DNA from: a virus
Lineage: Duplodnaviria > Caudoviricetes
DNA length: 58,866 nt
IMG/VR virus record: IMGVR_UViG_3300014656_000032
Coordinates: 1-58,866 of that record
Strand: one strand, 5' to 3'
A program made the translations under genes and the position numbers. Below are positions 1 through 7,489 of the stretch, piece after piece. The notes beneath the pieces are model-generated. The model saw nothing but the letters and a program-made list of their open reading frames with translations. It did not search any database and was not told the DNA's origin. Each line of letters begins with the position of its first letter. Positions within the stretch are counted from its first letter, which is position 1.

Positions 1-214
1 CAATCGGATCTACGAGTTCGGGAGCATCTGCGAACTCGATGGCCGCTATGTACGTATCCAAACCGGCATGCCACTCGGGAAGCAGCACCGGATCGATAAC
101 GATTTTGGGCTGTGCATAGCCGATGACGACCCCACCTTCGTATCTGTAGTGGAGCACCGGCGAGCCGTCCACGAACTCATATTTATACTCCAGCGCATAT
201 ACTACGCCTGCCAT
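1..214 (-). CDS. Hypothetical protein, N-terminal part (continues in frame across the junction into 58866..58640; 146 aa total)
   Basis: ATG at 214 with AAGGGAG SD; 71 open codons plus 1 nt joins TT at 58866-58865 to give GTT, in frame with ORF 58640..58864. Confidence 0.8.
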   Translation of the reverse strand, partial: MAGVVYALEYKYEFVDGSPVLHYRYEGGVVIGYAQPKIVIDPVLLPEWHAGLDTYIAAIEFADAPELVDPI

Positions 215-219
215 AGCGC

Positions 220-417
220 TCAACTCCCTTCAGGCTGCGGCTCTAATTTTAGCCGTAATTCATACGGGTGTAACATTGTGGCCGGGTTTCTCACCACCTG
301 AACACCAGGTATTGCACCAGACACAGCCAGCAAAAACACCACCTGTATTATCATTGCAATAAAAGCACAAATCAGTGCGAGGCCTGACGTAAATAGAGCA
401 AGGGTTATCGGTTTCAT
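220..417 (-). CDS. Small membrane protein
   Basis: Hydrophobic N-terminal half; start overlaps the upstream stop (TGATG); GGAG upstream. Confidence 0.6.
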   Translation of the reverse strand: MKPITLALFTSGLALICAFIAMIIQVVFLLAVSGAIPGVQVVRNPATMLHPYELRLKLEPQPEGS

Positions 418-620
418 CAGTCCTCCTGTGCGCCGCGTCTGAGTTTGTCCCGCATATAAAGGTCGCGGTTATCCACGTTGTCCCCGTTAGGGTCGTACAT
501 GGCCGCGTCTCTAACCACCACGTCATCGCCCACCGGATTCTCCGGTGAGTACCAGCCAACGCGCCTGTACACCGCTCTGCTCGTGTAGACGCGCATGATG
601 TCGTCGATGTCGTATTTCAT
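417..620 (-). CDS. Hypothetical protein
   Basis: Coupled to the terS stop (TGATG). Confidence 0.65.
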   Translation of the reverse strand: MKYDIDDIMRVYTSRAVYRRVGWYSPENPVGDDVVVRDAAMYDPNGDNVDNRDLYMRDKLRRGAQED

Positions 621-1288
621 CAGTCCCCCTTGTGGACCGGCGGCGTCACGAACTCGATCATAACCCTGTCCGTCAGCTCGCCATCGGCCCCGATCGACCC
701 GATGCCGACCTTGTCGAGAAACATGTGCAAATGACGCCCGAGCAGCTCGAGCGCCCCTTTTTTGTCGCTCAGTTTGACTTTTGTCGTCGTCACATCGCCA
801 GATTGAGACACATCCAGGCCGGCAATCGCGGCGGCAACTTCTTTCGGCAGCTTTTGTATCGGGATCACCCGCCCGTCTGCGTCGAAGAGAGCGGACGGAT
901 CCAAAAAGGCTATCTTTGCGAGCTCTTGGACAACGGCGTCCTGGGAAATCCGTATTCGCGCGGCCCGTTTATCCATCGCTTTTTTTATTGCAAGGCCGAC
1001 ATTTGGCTTGTCCCCTCGCATGCCAACCCAGCCGTAACTTTTTTTAGCGGCGGTTGTTTTTGCGTATCCTGCCGAAATTGCTGCTCTTTCCGCGTTTAAG
1101 TCGAGAAGGTACTCTCGAACGAAATGCTTCTCTCTTTCTGTTAGTGGCTTTTTATCGCTTCGTTTAGTACGTCTTTGTCTTTTAGTGGGGGGGAAAGTGA
1201 TATTTTTGTGGGGGGAGTGTGATGAACTATCCACCAGATGGATCTCCTTGTCGTTGATCCCGCCGCGGCTCTCGGCCCGGGGAGCCAC
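620..1288 (-). CDS. terS: Terminase small subunit (true start uncertain, may be downstream)
   Basis: LTEREKHFVREYLLDLNAERAAISAGYA HTH; VVQELAKIAF; KVKLSDKKGALELLGRHLHMF signature. Confidence 0.92.
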   Translation of the reverse strand: MAPRAESRGGINDKEIHLVDSSSHSPHKNITFPPTKRQRRTKRSDKKPLTEREKHFVREYLLDLNAERAAISAGYAKTTAAKKSYGWVGMRGDKPNVGLAIKKAMDKRAARIRISQDAVVQELAKIAFLDPSALFDADGRVIPIQKLPKEVAAAIAGLDVSQSGDVTTTKVKLSDKKGALELLGRHLHMFLDKVGIGSIGADGELTDRVMIEFVTPPVHKGD

Positions 1289-1321
1289 GACGGGAATATA
1301 GGAGGAACAAGCGTATTAAGC

Positions 1322-1348
1322 ATGATACGAACCCACCCAGGTTGTCAA
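1322..1348 (-). promoter_or_regulatory. Candidate sigma-70 promoter for the terminase/late arm
   Basis: TTGACA at 1348-1343, then TATCAT (15-nt spacer) or CATGCT (18-nt spacer); spacing is suboptimal. Confidence 0.35.
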
Positions 1349-1414
1349 CACCAAAATGTTACACCCCATTGTGGCTTGCAGCTTATATGCGCATCGTGAT
1401 ACCACGGTATCATC

Positions 1415-1548
1415 GTTCAGAATCTTGAACCGCTTTGTTTACAAACGTGAATCTGCACGGCAATGGTATTGCGTGCGATTACAGCACGTTATACAAGCCC
1501 CTTCGTGACGGTTCAAAATCGCGAACCGAATTGTTCACGTCCGTGAAC
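1415..1548. promoter_or_regulatory. Four palindromic GTTCA-N6-TGAAC sites in two tandem pairs (candidate enhancer/UAS)
   Basis: 1415-1430 GTTCAGAATCTTGAAC, 1437-1452 GTTTACAAACGTGAAT, 1511-1526 GTTCAAAATCGCGAAC, 1533-1548 GTTCACGTCCGTGAAC; 22-bp offset within each pair. Confidence 0.7.
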
Positions 1549-1614
1549 TTCCGGCATGCGGGAGCAGCGATTGCGGACGTCGCGGGTTTTCTGTGTCAAC
1601 CGGATTGCGTGTGA

Positions 1615-1627
1615 TATCAAGCGCTTA
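1615..1627 (+). promoter_or_regulatory. IHF consensus site
   Basis: TATCAAGCGCTTA matches WATCAANNNNTTR exactly and lies between the UAS-like sites and the -24/-12 box; degenerate second copy at 1479-1491. Confidence 0.65.
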
Positions 1628-1663
1628 CGAGCGTTGATATTTTTTTCGTCTTTTTGGCGTTGT

Positions 1664-1678
1664 TGGCACGCAGCTTGC
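1664..1678 (+). promoter_or_regulatory. Sigma-54 (RpoN) -24/-12 promoter
   Basis: TGGCACGCAGCTTGC = TGGCACG-N4-TTGC with correct GG/GC spacing, about 70 nt upstream of the first rightward gene. Confidence 0.8.
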
Positions 1679-1749
1679 GACTACGTATAGGCATGGAAGC
1701 AACCAATCACGTCAACGCCCCCCCGCGGGGGCAAGGGAAGGAGAGGAAG

Positions 1750-2100
1750 ATGAAATACAGTATTGAGTCCCGAGACGGGACGGATTTTGGGGTGTGGGAA
1801 GGTGCCACGCCAGCGGCTGCCTGGGAAGCCATGGTAGCCGCTGCTGGCGGTGCTTCAACTGACGCCGACGGCAACCCGACAGAGGGGACGATTGATGACT
1901 GGATCGTCACCCCCACGCTCCCACTCGGGGGCAAGGAAAAGGAGAGAGACATGTACAGATTTGATGATGCATACGAGAGGATATACGAGTACAGCCACGA
2001 GAACGACGCGTACATCTTCATCGGAACATATGTCACGTACTCTATAACACGTGACATGAGCGACGCAGAGAAAGTCGCTCATGTGAATGCGGATAACTAA
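1750..2100 (+). CDS. Hypothetical protein(s): two small genes (starts 1750 and 1951) fused in frame
   Basis: Both ATGs have their own hairpin-SD element; no stop between them. Confidence 0.7.
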   Translation: MKYSIESRDGTDFGVWEGATPAAAWEAMVAAAGGASTDADGNPTEGTIDDWIVTPTLPLGGKEKERDMYRFDDAYERIYEYSHENDAYIFIGTYVTYSITRDMSDAEKVAHVNADN

Positions 2101-2144
2101 CTCATATCAAAGCCCCCTCGCAGGGGCAGGGAAAGGAGAGGAAA

Positions 2145-2867
2145 ATGAGAATAGTAAGAAGGGATTTTAACGCACTCCGGGCAAGCGCCCGGATTACTGG
2201 AGGGGAATTCGATTTCGGGACGGTTGTCAGATCGTCCCGAACCGGCCTCTCTGGCACCCGGCAGTGGGTAGCCAGGGAGGAAGAGATCATGCCGGGATTC
2301 CGGCATGACGCAATACCATTCAGCTACCCGGTAGGGAGCTTTGTGGTTTTTGAGGGGCACGGAAGTGACCCGTTCAACCCCCTCATCGTCCAGCCAATTC
2401 TGGACGAGAAGGCCGACGCCCCTGAGGCACCCCTGGAGGGGTTCGCCTCTCCGGGCTGCAGGCAGATCACCATGCCCGCCCCATGGTGGGCATGGGTCGG
2501 CACGGCGGAAGTACCGGCGTGCCAGTACGACGACGCTTTGGCCTGGACCATATGGAGGTACTGGTGTAGTACCAGCCAGGAGTTTCCTGGCGTTTTCAGT
2601 TGGTCAAAGGGGGAGGTATGTCCACGACGTCACGGCGTGGACATAGACGTCCCCGAGGTCCGCCGATGTCTGGCGTCCTCAAACGGGGTTAAGGCACCGT
2701 TTTTCACGGTGCCCGGAACGGACTTCATAGCCATGCCGCCCCGGTCTGACCGGGACGTCGGCATGTTAATTGATGTCAGTGGTAATGCCACTGACATAAT
2801 TGACAATTGGGACGAAGAGATTGCCTCCCTCGTCCGGCAGGGAGGCAAGTTGGAGGTGGCGGCATGA
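2145..2867 (+). CDS. Hypothetical protein
   Basis: 240-aa ORF with hairpin-SD element. Confidence 0.7.
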   Translation: MRIVRRDFNALRASARITGGEFDFGTVVRSSRTGLSGTRQWVAREEEIMPGFRHDAIPFSYPVGSFVVFEGHGSDPFNPLIVQPILDEKADAPEAPLEGFASPGCRQITMPAPWWAWVGTAEVPACQYDDALAWTIWRYWCSTSQEFPGVFSWSKGEVCPRRHGVDIDVPEVRRCLASSNGVKAPFFTVPGTDFIAMPPRSDRDVGMLIDVSGNATDIIDNWDEEIASLVRQGGKLEVAA

Positions 2868-3067
2868 ACGCCTTTTTATTTACCCCGCCCGGTGCGCACA
2901 TCTGCACCGGGCACGCCGGTGCAACCTGGACACCGGACTGTCCGGGTTGCAAGATTGAGGCCGACGAGTTGGCCCATCGGAGGCGTCAAATTGAGGACGC
3001 CCTGCGTAAGGACAAGGCGTTCCTCATAGAGGCCATGCGGTTGTATCAAGCTCGATACGACCGCTAG
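2864..3067 (+). CDS. Hypothetical protein with CxxH...CxxC motif
   Basis: GGAGG SD, ATGA overlap with the upstream stop. Confidence 0.6.
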   Translation: MNAFLFTPPGAHICTGHAGATWTPDCPGCKIEADELAHRRRQIEDALRKDKAFLIEAMRLYQARYDR

Positions 3068-3110
3068 TATAATATAACCACCGGACCGCCCCCCCAAGGG
3101 GGCAAACCGA

Positions 3111-3148
3111 AGGCGCATTCCTGAGAAATCAGGAGTGCGCCTTTTTTT
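3111..3148 (+). terminator. Rho-independent terminator
   Basis: AGGCGCATTCCTGA-GAAA-TCAGGAGTGCGCCT hairpin followed by a T run. Confidence 0.85.
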
Positions 3149-3187
3149 ATTCAACGCCCACAAGAGGGGGCAAGGAGAGGAGATCAC

Positions 3188-3802
3188 ATGGGGAGAGTTC
3201 TGATTGCTTGTGAATTTTCGGGAATAGTCAGGGAAGCATTCAAGGCCAAGGGCCATGATGCCTGGTCTTGTGATTTACTCCCGACTGAAATTCCGGGACA
3301 ACATATTCAAGGTGATGTTTTGGAAATACTCAATGACGGTTGGGATTTGATGATTGCCCATCCGCCATGCACTTATTTATGTGTTCCTGGGGCGCACTAC
3401 CTTCACTCAAGGCCAGAAAGATGGGAGTTGATGTTAGCGGCAAAAGATTTTTTTGACGTGTTTCTAAACTCACCTATCATGAAAAGTGCGGTAGAGAACC
3501 CACTGCCGCATCGATACGCAAAACTCCAACGCTACAACCAAATTATTCAGCCGTGGATGTTCGGTCATGAAGTATCAAAAAGAACGTGTCTGTGGTTAAA
3601 GAATTTACCGCTTCTACAACCCACCGATACTAAATCAAATCATGGAGAACGGTACACAAGGACGGAAAGACAGATGCAACGTGGATATGGGAAAACTTCA
3701 AATTCTAAGTGGTACGCCAAAACTAACCAGAAAGAGCGTAGCAGGACATTCCAGGGTGTCGCTGATGCAATGGCCGAACAGTGGGGAACGCTTATCAAAT
3801 GA
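3188..3802 (+). CDS. Short phage DNA cytosine-5 methyltransferase-like protein
   Basis: VLIACEFSG (motif I-like), WSCDL, IAHPPCTYL (catalytic PC), AVENP, RSRTFQGVADAMAEQWG. Confidence 0.8.
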   Translation: MGRVLIACEFSGIVREAFKAKGHDAWSCDLLPTEIPGQHIQGDVLEILNDGWDLMIAHPPCTYLCVPGAHYLHSRPERWELMLAAKDFFDVFLNSPIMKSAVENPLPHRYAKLQRYNQIIQPWMFGHEVSKRTCLWLKNLPLLQPTDTKSNHGERYTRTERQMQRGYGKTSNSKWYAKTNQKERSRTFQGVADAMAEQWGTLIK

Positions 3803-3869
3803 AAATCTATAAAATCACAGAAGCAAGCGATTATCAATCGCAAAGTCTTTCAAGACTACTGGAAGTCAT
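3799..3869 (+). pseudogene. Internally deleted remnant of a MerR/excisionase-type HTH resembling the IS607 TnpA N-terminus
   Basis: MKIYKITEASDY followed out of frame by KSFKTTGSH, the two ends of that HTH; recognised from memory only. Confidence 0.4.
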
Positions 3870-3901
3870 ACCCCTCGCGGGGGCAAGGAAAGGAGAAGGA
3901 A

Positions 3902-4327
3902 ATGGCTAAAGTGATCGAATGGAGCAAAGAACAAGAAAAGGCGTGGAACGAATGGGTATCATCACGTCCTCAAATAATTCAGGATTTATGCAAAAGGTTC
4001 CCTCCGTACAATCTATATCGGTTGAAAAAATCTGACAATAAGGTCACTCTTTACTCTTATGAGGAAGATGGCACCATGACAGTCAATGTCACCGGCGAAT
4101 ATAATGTAGTAATGTTTAATAGGCAAGTATTCGGAATAAGCCCGGATGATTTGGAAGAATGTGATCTTCCATCACCAGAAGAAGCAACCGGAACTGTTTT
4201 AACAGACAAAGAGGATGTTGAGAAACATATTATGATATTCAACTATCTCGATCAATTATGGGAAAGAGAATTGCGTATCATCACGTCCTCAAATAATTTA
4301 TGTGGGGAAAAGGAGAAAAGAGAATGA
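3902..4327 (+). CDS. Hypothetical protein (AT-rich)
   Basis: Hairpin-SD element; a 24-bp sequence from its 5' part (3957-3979 region) recurs near its 3' end. Confidence 0.75.
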   Translation: MAKVIEWSKEQEKAWNEWVSSRPQIIQDLCKRFPPYNLYRLKKSDNKVTLYSYEEDGTMTVNVTGEYNVVMFNRQVFGISPDDLEECDLPSPEEATGTVLTDKEDVEKHIMIFNYLDQLWERELRIITSSNNLCGEKEKRE

Positions 4328-4372
4328 GTCAACAGACGGGATGGTGTTTTGAGATTAACTCGGAGGTGTAGC

Positions 4373-4573
4373 ATGATAGTCACCTGCGCGAATTGCCTGC
4401 GGCTCCGTATGCATAACGGAACATGGACGGATCGCCGCCTGCCGACGCACTATTTGATCAAAAAGCGCCGCCGGGGCGGCGGATACCATCGTGTGAAGTG
4501 GGCTGTATGCCCTGAGTGCGAGCGTAAGACACAGGAGGAAAGCAATGCAAAAGCTGCTGTGGATATTGGTTGA
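4373..4573 (+). CDS. Small zinc-finger-like protein
   Basis: CANC...CPEC; GGAGG SD. Confidence 0.65.
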   Translation: MIVTCANCLRLRMHNGTWTDRRLPTHYLIKKRRRGGGYHRVKWAVCPECERKTQEESNAKAAVDIG

Positions 4574-4634
4574 CATCTGCTGTATGGCTGCCATCGTGGC
4601 AGCGGTGGCAATTACGTTTATTTCACACATGTAG
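4545..4634 (+). CDS. 29-aa hydrophobic peptide
   Basis: AGGAGG SD; MQKLLWILVDICCMAAIVAAVAITFISHM. Confidence 0.45.
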   Translation: MQKLLWILVDICCMAAIVAAVAITFISHM

Positions 4635-4644
4635 GAGGTGCAAT

Positions 4645-4866
4645 TTGAGTTTACCACAACATGAGATGTATGGAACCAACCACGAATTGCGGTTCATCTC
4701 GGGCCTCGGCTACCATCGGCCGAGAGAGTTTCGCGTTGATACGTCCCGGATCCACCTGCTGAAGCAGTACATCGCGAGCTGCGAGAATCGCGAGCGATGG
4801 GGCGATATCGACAAGGACGCCGTCGTTCAGTTCGCAGAGCTGTGTCTCGCGCAGGAGGGGCGATGA
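4645..4866 (+). CDS. Hypothetical phage protein (start approximate)
   Basis: AGGAGGT SD before TTG; within ORF 4570..4866. Confidence 0.6.
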   Translation: MSLPQHEMYGTNHELRFISGLGYHRPREFRVDTSRIHLLKQYIASCENRERWGDIDKDAVVQFAELCLAQEGR

Positions 4867-5012
4867 AAACCACCCAGGCTTTCACCTGCCGAATCCCGAT
4901 CGATCTGTACAGAGAACTGAAGCTTGCCATCATCGACGGTCCGTATAGATCGACTCAGGAGGCGATTATCGCGGGCATCCGCATGGTGATCGCGTCGATC
5001 CGACACGACTGA
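4863..5012 (+). CDS. Ribbon-helix-helix (Arc/CopG-like) DNA-binding protein
   Basis: AFTCRIPIDLYRELK...YRSTQEAIIAGIR strand-helix-helix pattern; GGAGG SD. Confidence 0.65.
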   Translation: MKTTQAFTCRIPIDLYRELKLAIIDGPYRSTQEAIIAGIRMVIASIRHD

Positions 5013-5214
5013 CAACCGGACCCGGGGATTCCCGGGTCCATCCCATCACGCTCACGTTGATATGCTGCACGTGATCTACCAGGGCGACGCGCTCAACGAC
5101 GTAGTTGCTGCCGTCCAACCCGAAAGACTCTTCAGGCGAGTAGATATGCCCCGAGTGCGGCTCCACCCACAGCAGATTGCCTATCATGTCCCTCACGTGA
5201 GTCTCAGTCACCAT
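4966..5214 (-). CDS. Hypothetical protein
   Basis: Overlaps the stop of the radical SAM gene; GGAGG upstream. Confidence 0.5.
   Translation of the reverse strand: MVTETHVRDMIGNLLWVEPHSGHIYSPEESFGLDGSNYVVERVALVDHVQHINVSVMGWTRESPGPVVSRVGSTRSPCGCPR
5018..5039. terminator. GC-rich hairpin at the convergence of two transcription units
   Basis: GGACCCGGG-GATT-CCCGGGTCC perfect 9-bp stem; no U tract. Confidence 0.5.
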
Positions 5215-5881
5215 TCCAGATCCTCCCGAGGTTCCGCTTCAATATAACCTGATGAGCCCGCCGTTTGAGTTCCGTCGCCAGGAATTTGACGGTTTCCGCA
5301 CTGGGCTCCGGTAGATTGTGCCCTTTGCTGTCTGCCCCTATCGTGATCCATGCCGGCCTGATATCGTCCATCATCTCCAACATCCGCGACAGATCCCATA
5401 TTTCCATGATCGGTTCGATAGTCACGCTCACCTCATACCCGGATCTGGTTGCACGGATAATGCCGTCCACCCGCTGATCGATTGCAGCACCGCCGCTCTC
5501 GATATGATCCCTGTCCGACTCGATCGTGGTTGCTAGCACCACAGACGGCGGCAGATACTCGGCGAATTCCAAAAACCGGTGCGGATTTTTGCTCTGGAAC
5601 AGATAGCGGTTCTGGTGAGTGCCGCATTTGAGCAACGTCCTTCGTATCCAGTCGGCCTCGATCTCATGAGCCCACATATCGCAGCTGGATCCGACGAATA
5701 CAAAATTGCCTGCGCCCAGGTCTGTTTTGACCTCAGAACGATCCAGACGGACCGGTTTGAGTTCGCCTGGTAGGCTCTTCATATAGCAATACGAGCATTT
5801 GTGCGGGCAGGCGCCCTTGATCACGTTAAACGTGTGCGTGATATACGGATACATGTTCCCGTTGGATTTGTTCAGTCCCAT
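5204..5881 (-). CDS. Radical SAM protein (phage Gp37/Gp68, DUF5131-like)
   Basis: CPHKCSYCY CxxxCxxC motif; FVGSSCDMW; FQSKNP; VTIEPI. Confidence 0.85.
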   Translation of the reverse strand: MGLNKSNGNMYPYITHTFNVIKGACPHKCSYCYMKSLPGELKPVRLDRSEVKTDLGAGNFVFVGSSCDMWAHEIEADWIRRTLLKCGTHQNRYLFQSKNPHRFLEFAEYLPPSVVLATTIESDRDHIESGGAAIDQRVDGIIRATRSGYEVSVTIEPIMEIWDLSRMLEMMDDIRPAWITIGADSKGHNLPEPSAETVKFLATELKRRAHQVILKRNLGRIWNGD

Positions 5882-5882
5882 T

Positions 5883-6224
5883 CTACACCTCCCTTATCCT
5901 CACCGGATATAGCGCCTCGACCTGTTTCTTTTTCATGATATAGATCGGCGTCCTCATGCCCTTGACATCAACGTACTCATAAGTGCCGTCGATATAAACG
6001 ACCAGGAAATCGGCACGATAGGTTATTCCGCCCGGTAGATCGAACACCGGCTGCCTATGGAAGTGGCTGACAATCCCCGCTTCCTGTTTCGTTTTCAGAT
6101 CGATGTAGAAATCAGCCTCCTTTCTCGAGTCAAAATTGATCCCGTCCACCCTTGTCCTCTGCGAGTTGTATTTGCTCCGCGGCTTCACTCCGTCCAATGA
6201 TCCGATCTCGTTCTTTGGCCTCAT
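5883..6224 (-). CDS. DUF1064-family PD-(D/E)xK nuclease
   Basis: SKYN..T.VDGI.FDSRKEA; YRADF; DVKGMRT..Y..KKK. Confidence 0.88.
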   Translation of the reverse strand: MRPKNEIGSLDGVKPRSKYNSQRTRVDGINFDSRKEADFYIDLKTKQEAGIVSHFHRQPVFDLPGGITYRADFLVVYIDGTYEYVDVKGMRTPIYIMKKKQVEALYPVRIREV

Positions 6225-6244
6225 CTACGCATCCCCTCTCAATA

Positions 6245-6673
6245 TCATCTCGGCGGATAGCTACACTTCTGCGCCCACAGTGCCCATCTCCGCATGTAAG
6301 ATTTGAGGTCGTTCAGGCTCGCGGCAACAGGCATAGACTCCTTTCCATTGTGGAAATAGGTGAAACTATCGACCTGCATTGTTTCCGCGTTACCGACACC
6401 ACAAACAACATTGAATCCGTCCCTCATCGTGATGGCCTCATACATACGGCGTTGACCCGTTGGAATCCCCGGCTTTCTCTTCCATTCCAACATCAGAATA
6501 TTTCCCGACACCTCCACTATACCATCAACATCCCCGAAGTTGATGCGGCCAGGGAAGCAGTCTGCAAACGCTTCTATTTTGGGACGGCACAGCTTGTTGA
6601 AACATCCGTTTTTGTCACAGTCCCACCGCATGGGGTTGATCCCGATAATAGTGCGCGATAAATCCGAATTCAT
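6245..6673 (-). CDS. PD-(D/E)xK-like hypothetical protein (start uncertain)
   Basis: GDVDGIVE....LMLEWK motif. Confidence 0.6.
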   Translation of the reverse strand: MNSDLSRTIIGINPMRWDCDKNGCFNKLCRPKIEAFADCFPGRINFGDVDGIVEVSGNILMLEWKRKPGIPTGQRRMYEAITMRDGFNVVCGVGNAETMQVDSFTYFHNGKESMPVAASLNDLKSYMRRWALWAQKCSYPPR

Positions 6674-7469
6674 TGAAAGCCTCCTCGAAACTGCCGCCGT
6701 TGTCGTTGCCGAAGTAGAAAAATGTAGATCCTTGAGTCGGTGCGGCGGCCACATTCCCTTCTGGGTCCACAAATTTGATACGTCCCCGAGTGAAACACAT
6801 GCGGGAGCTTATAGACGCTGCCAGGTGGAACCACGCCGTGTCGGTATAGTTGTGGGTTAGTATGATGCACTCTGATACATTGCCGTTCCTGAGTTCACAC
6901 GCGGCCTTCTCGATGAAATCTGCTATTGCCGGCTGTGAATACGGGGGGTTGAGCCACACTCTTCCGTGCCAGGGCTTGGCAAGGCCGTCATCCTCCTTGG
7001 TGTAATACGCGTTTGCCATGACAACCCTCTGTGCAAGCTCCGAGCTTGCCGGATCTAAGTCTATCCCTCCCATCACCCGCCTGGCGGCGTCTACATATTG
7101 CTTGGGAGTGTACCACTCGTTGTTGCCGGTGAAGGATGTCCGAAACCCGTGTGATTCGGGCTTGCGCCCGGCGCCTTCTCTTCTCCCACCCCTCTCTGTC
7201 GGTGGGCTCGTGATAGAATCCGAATCATAACTATCTGAATATGTTGCGTTGTTTGATTGTTTCCCGACATTTGTCGGGAACCCGTCTTGCCGACGCTCCG
7301 CTCGCTTCTCAATTGTCGTTGGCTTAATCTTCGCCTCGAACAGCTTCTCAACCCATGCCGAAAGCTCCCTGCCGATGGAGTATGGCGTTTTCCCCTGCTT
7401 GAGTCCGTCGTCAATTTCCTGTTCAATGAACACTTGGCACGCTTCCGTTTTTGCCATTTTCACGCTCAT
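6615..7469 (-). CDS. Phage DNA N6-adenine methyltransferase (Dam-like) with N-terminal extension
   Basis: NEWYTP, IDLDPAS, DGL..PW.GRVWLNPPYS, TDTAWFH, GRIKF. Confidence 0.9.
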   Translation of the reverse strand: MSVKMAKTEACQVFIEQEIDDGLKQGKTPYSIGRELSAWVEKLFEAKIKPTTIEKRAERRQDGFPTNVGKQSNNATYSDSYDSDSITSPPTERGGRREGAGRKPESHGFRTSFTGNNEWYTPKQYVDAARRVMGGIDLDPASSELAQRVVMANAYYTKEDDGLAKPWHGRVWLNPPYSQPAIADFIEKAACELRNGNVSECIILTHNYTDTAWFHLAASISSRMCFTRGRIKFVDPEGNVAAAPTQGSTFFYFGNDNGGSFEEAFNEFGFIAHYYRDQPHAVGL

Positions 7470-7489
7470 CCTTTGTTCGCCTCCCCTTG

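Larger units (their letters stand above)
1717..3904 (+). repeat. Dispersed start-associated element GCCCC-N6-GGGGC + AAGGRAAGGAGAG...ATG (6 hairpin copies)
   Basis: 16-bp hairpins at 1717, 1917, 2112, 3088, 3156 and 3869; five are followed by a purine-rich SD tract and an ATG 16-18 nt later (1750, 1951, 2145, 3188, 3902). Confidence 0.88.

Noticed and set aside
1654-1749. N-terminal extension of the first early ORF from TTG 1654
   Set aside because: Overlaps the -24/-12 box and lacks an SD; ATG 1750 has the conserved hairpin-SD element
1717-3904. N4-type virion RNA polymerase hairpin promoters
   Set aside because: Loops are 6 nt and variable, and the 2598-aa protein shows no recognisable single-subunit RNA polymerase motifs
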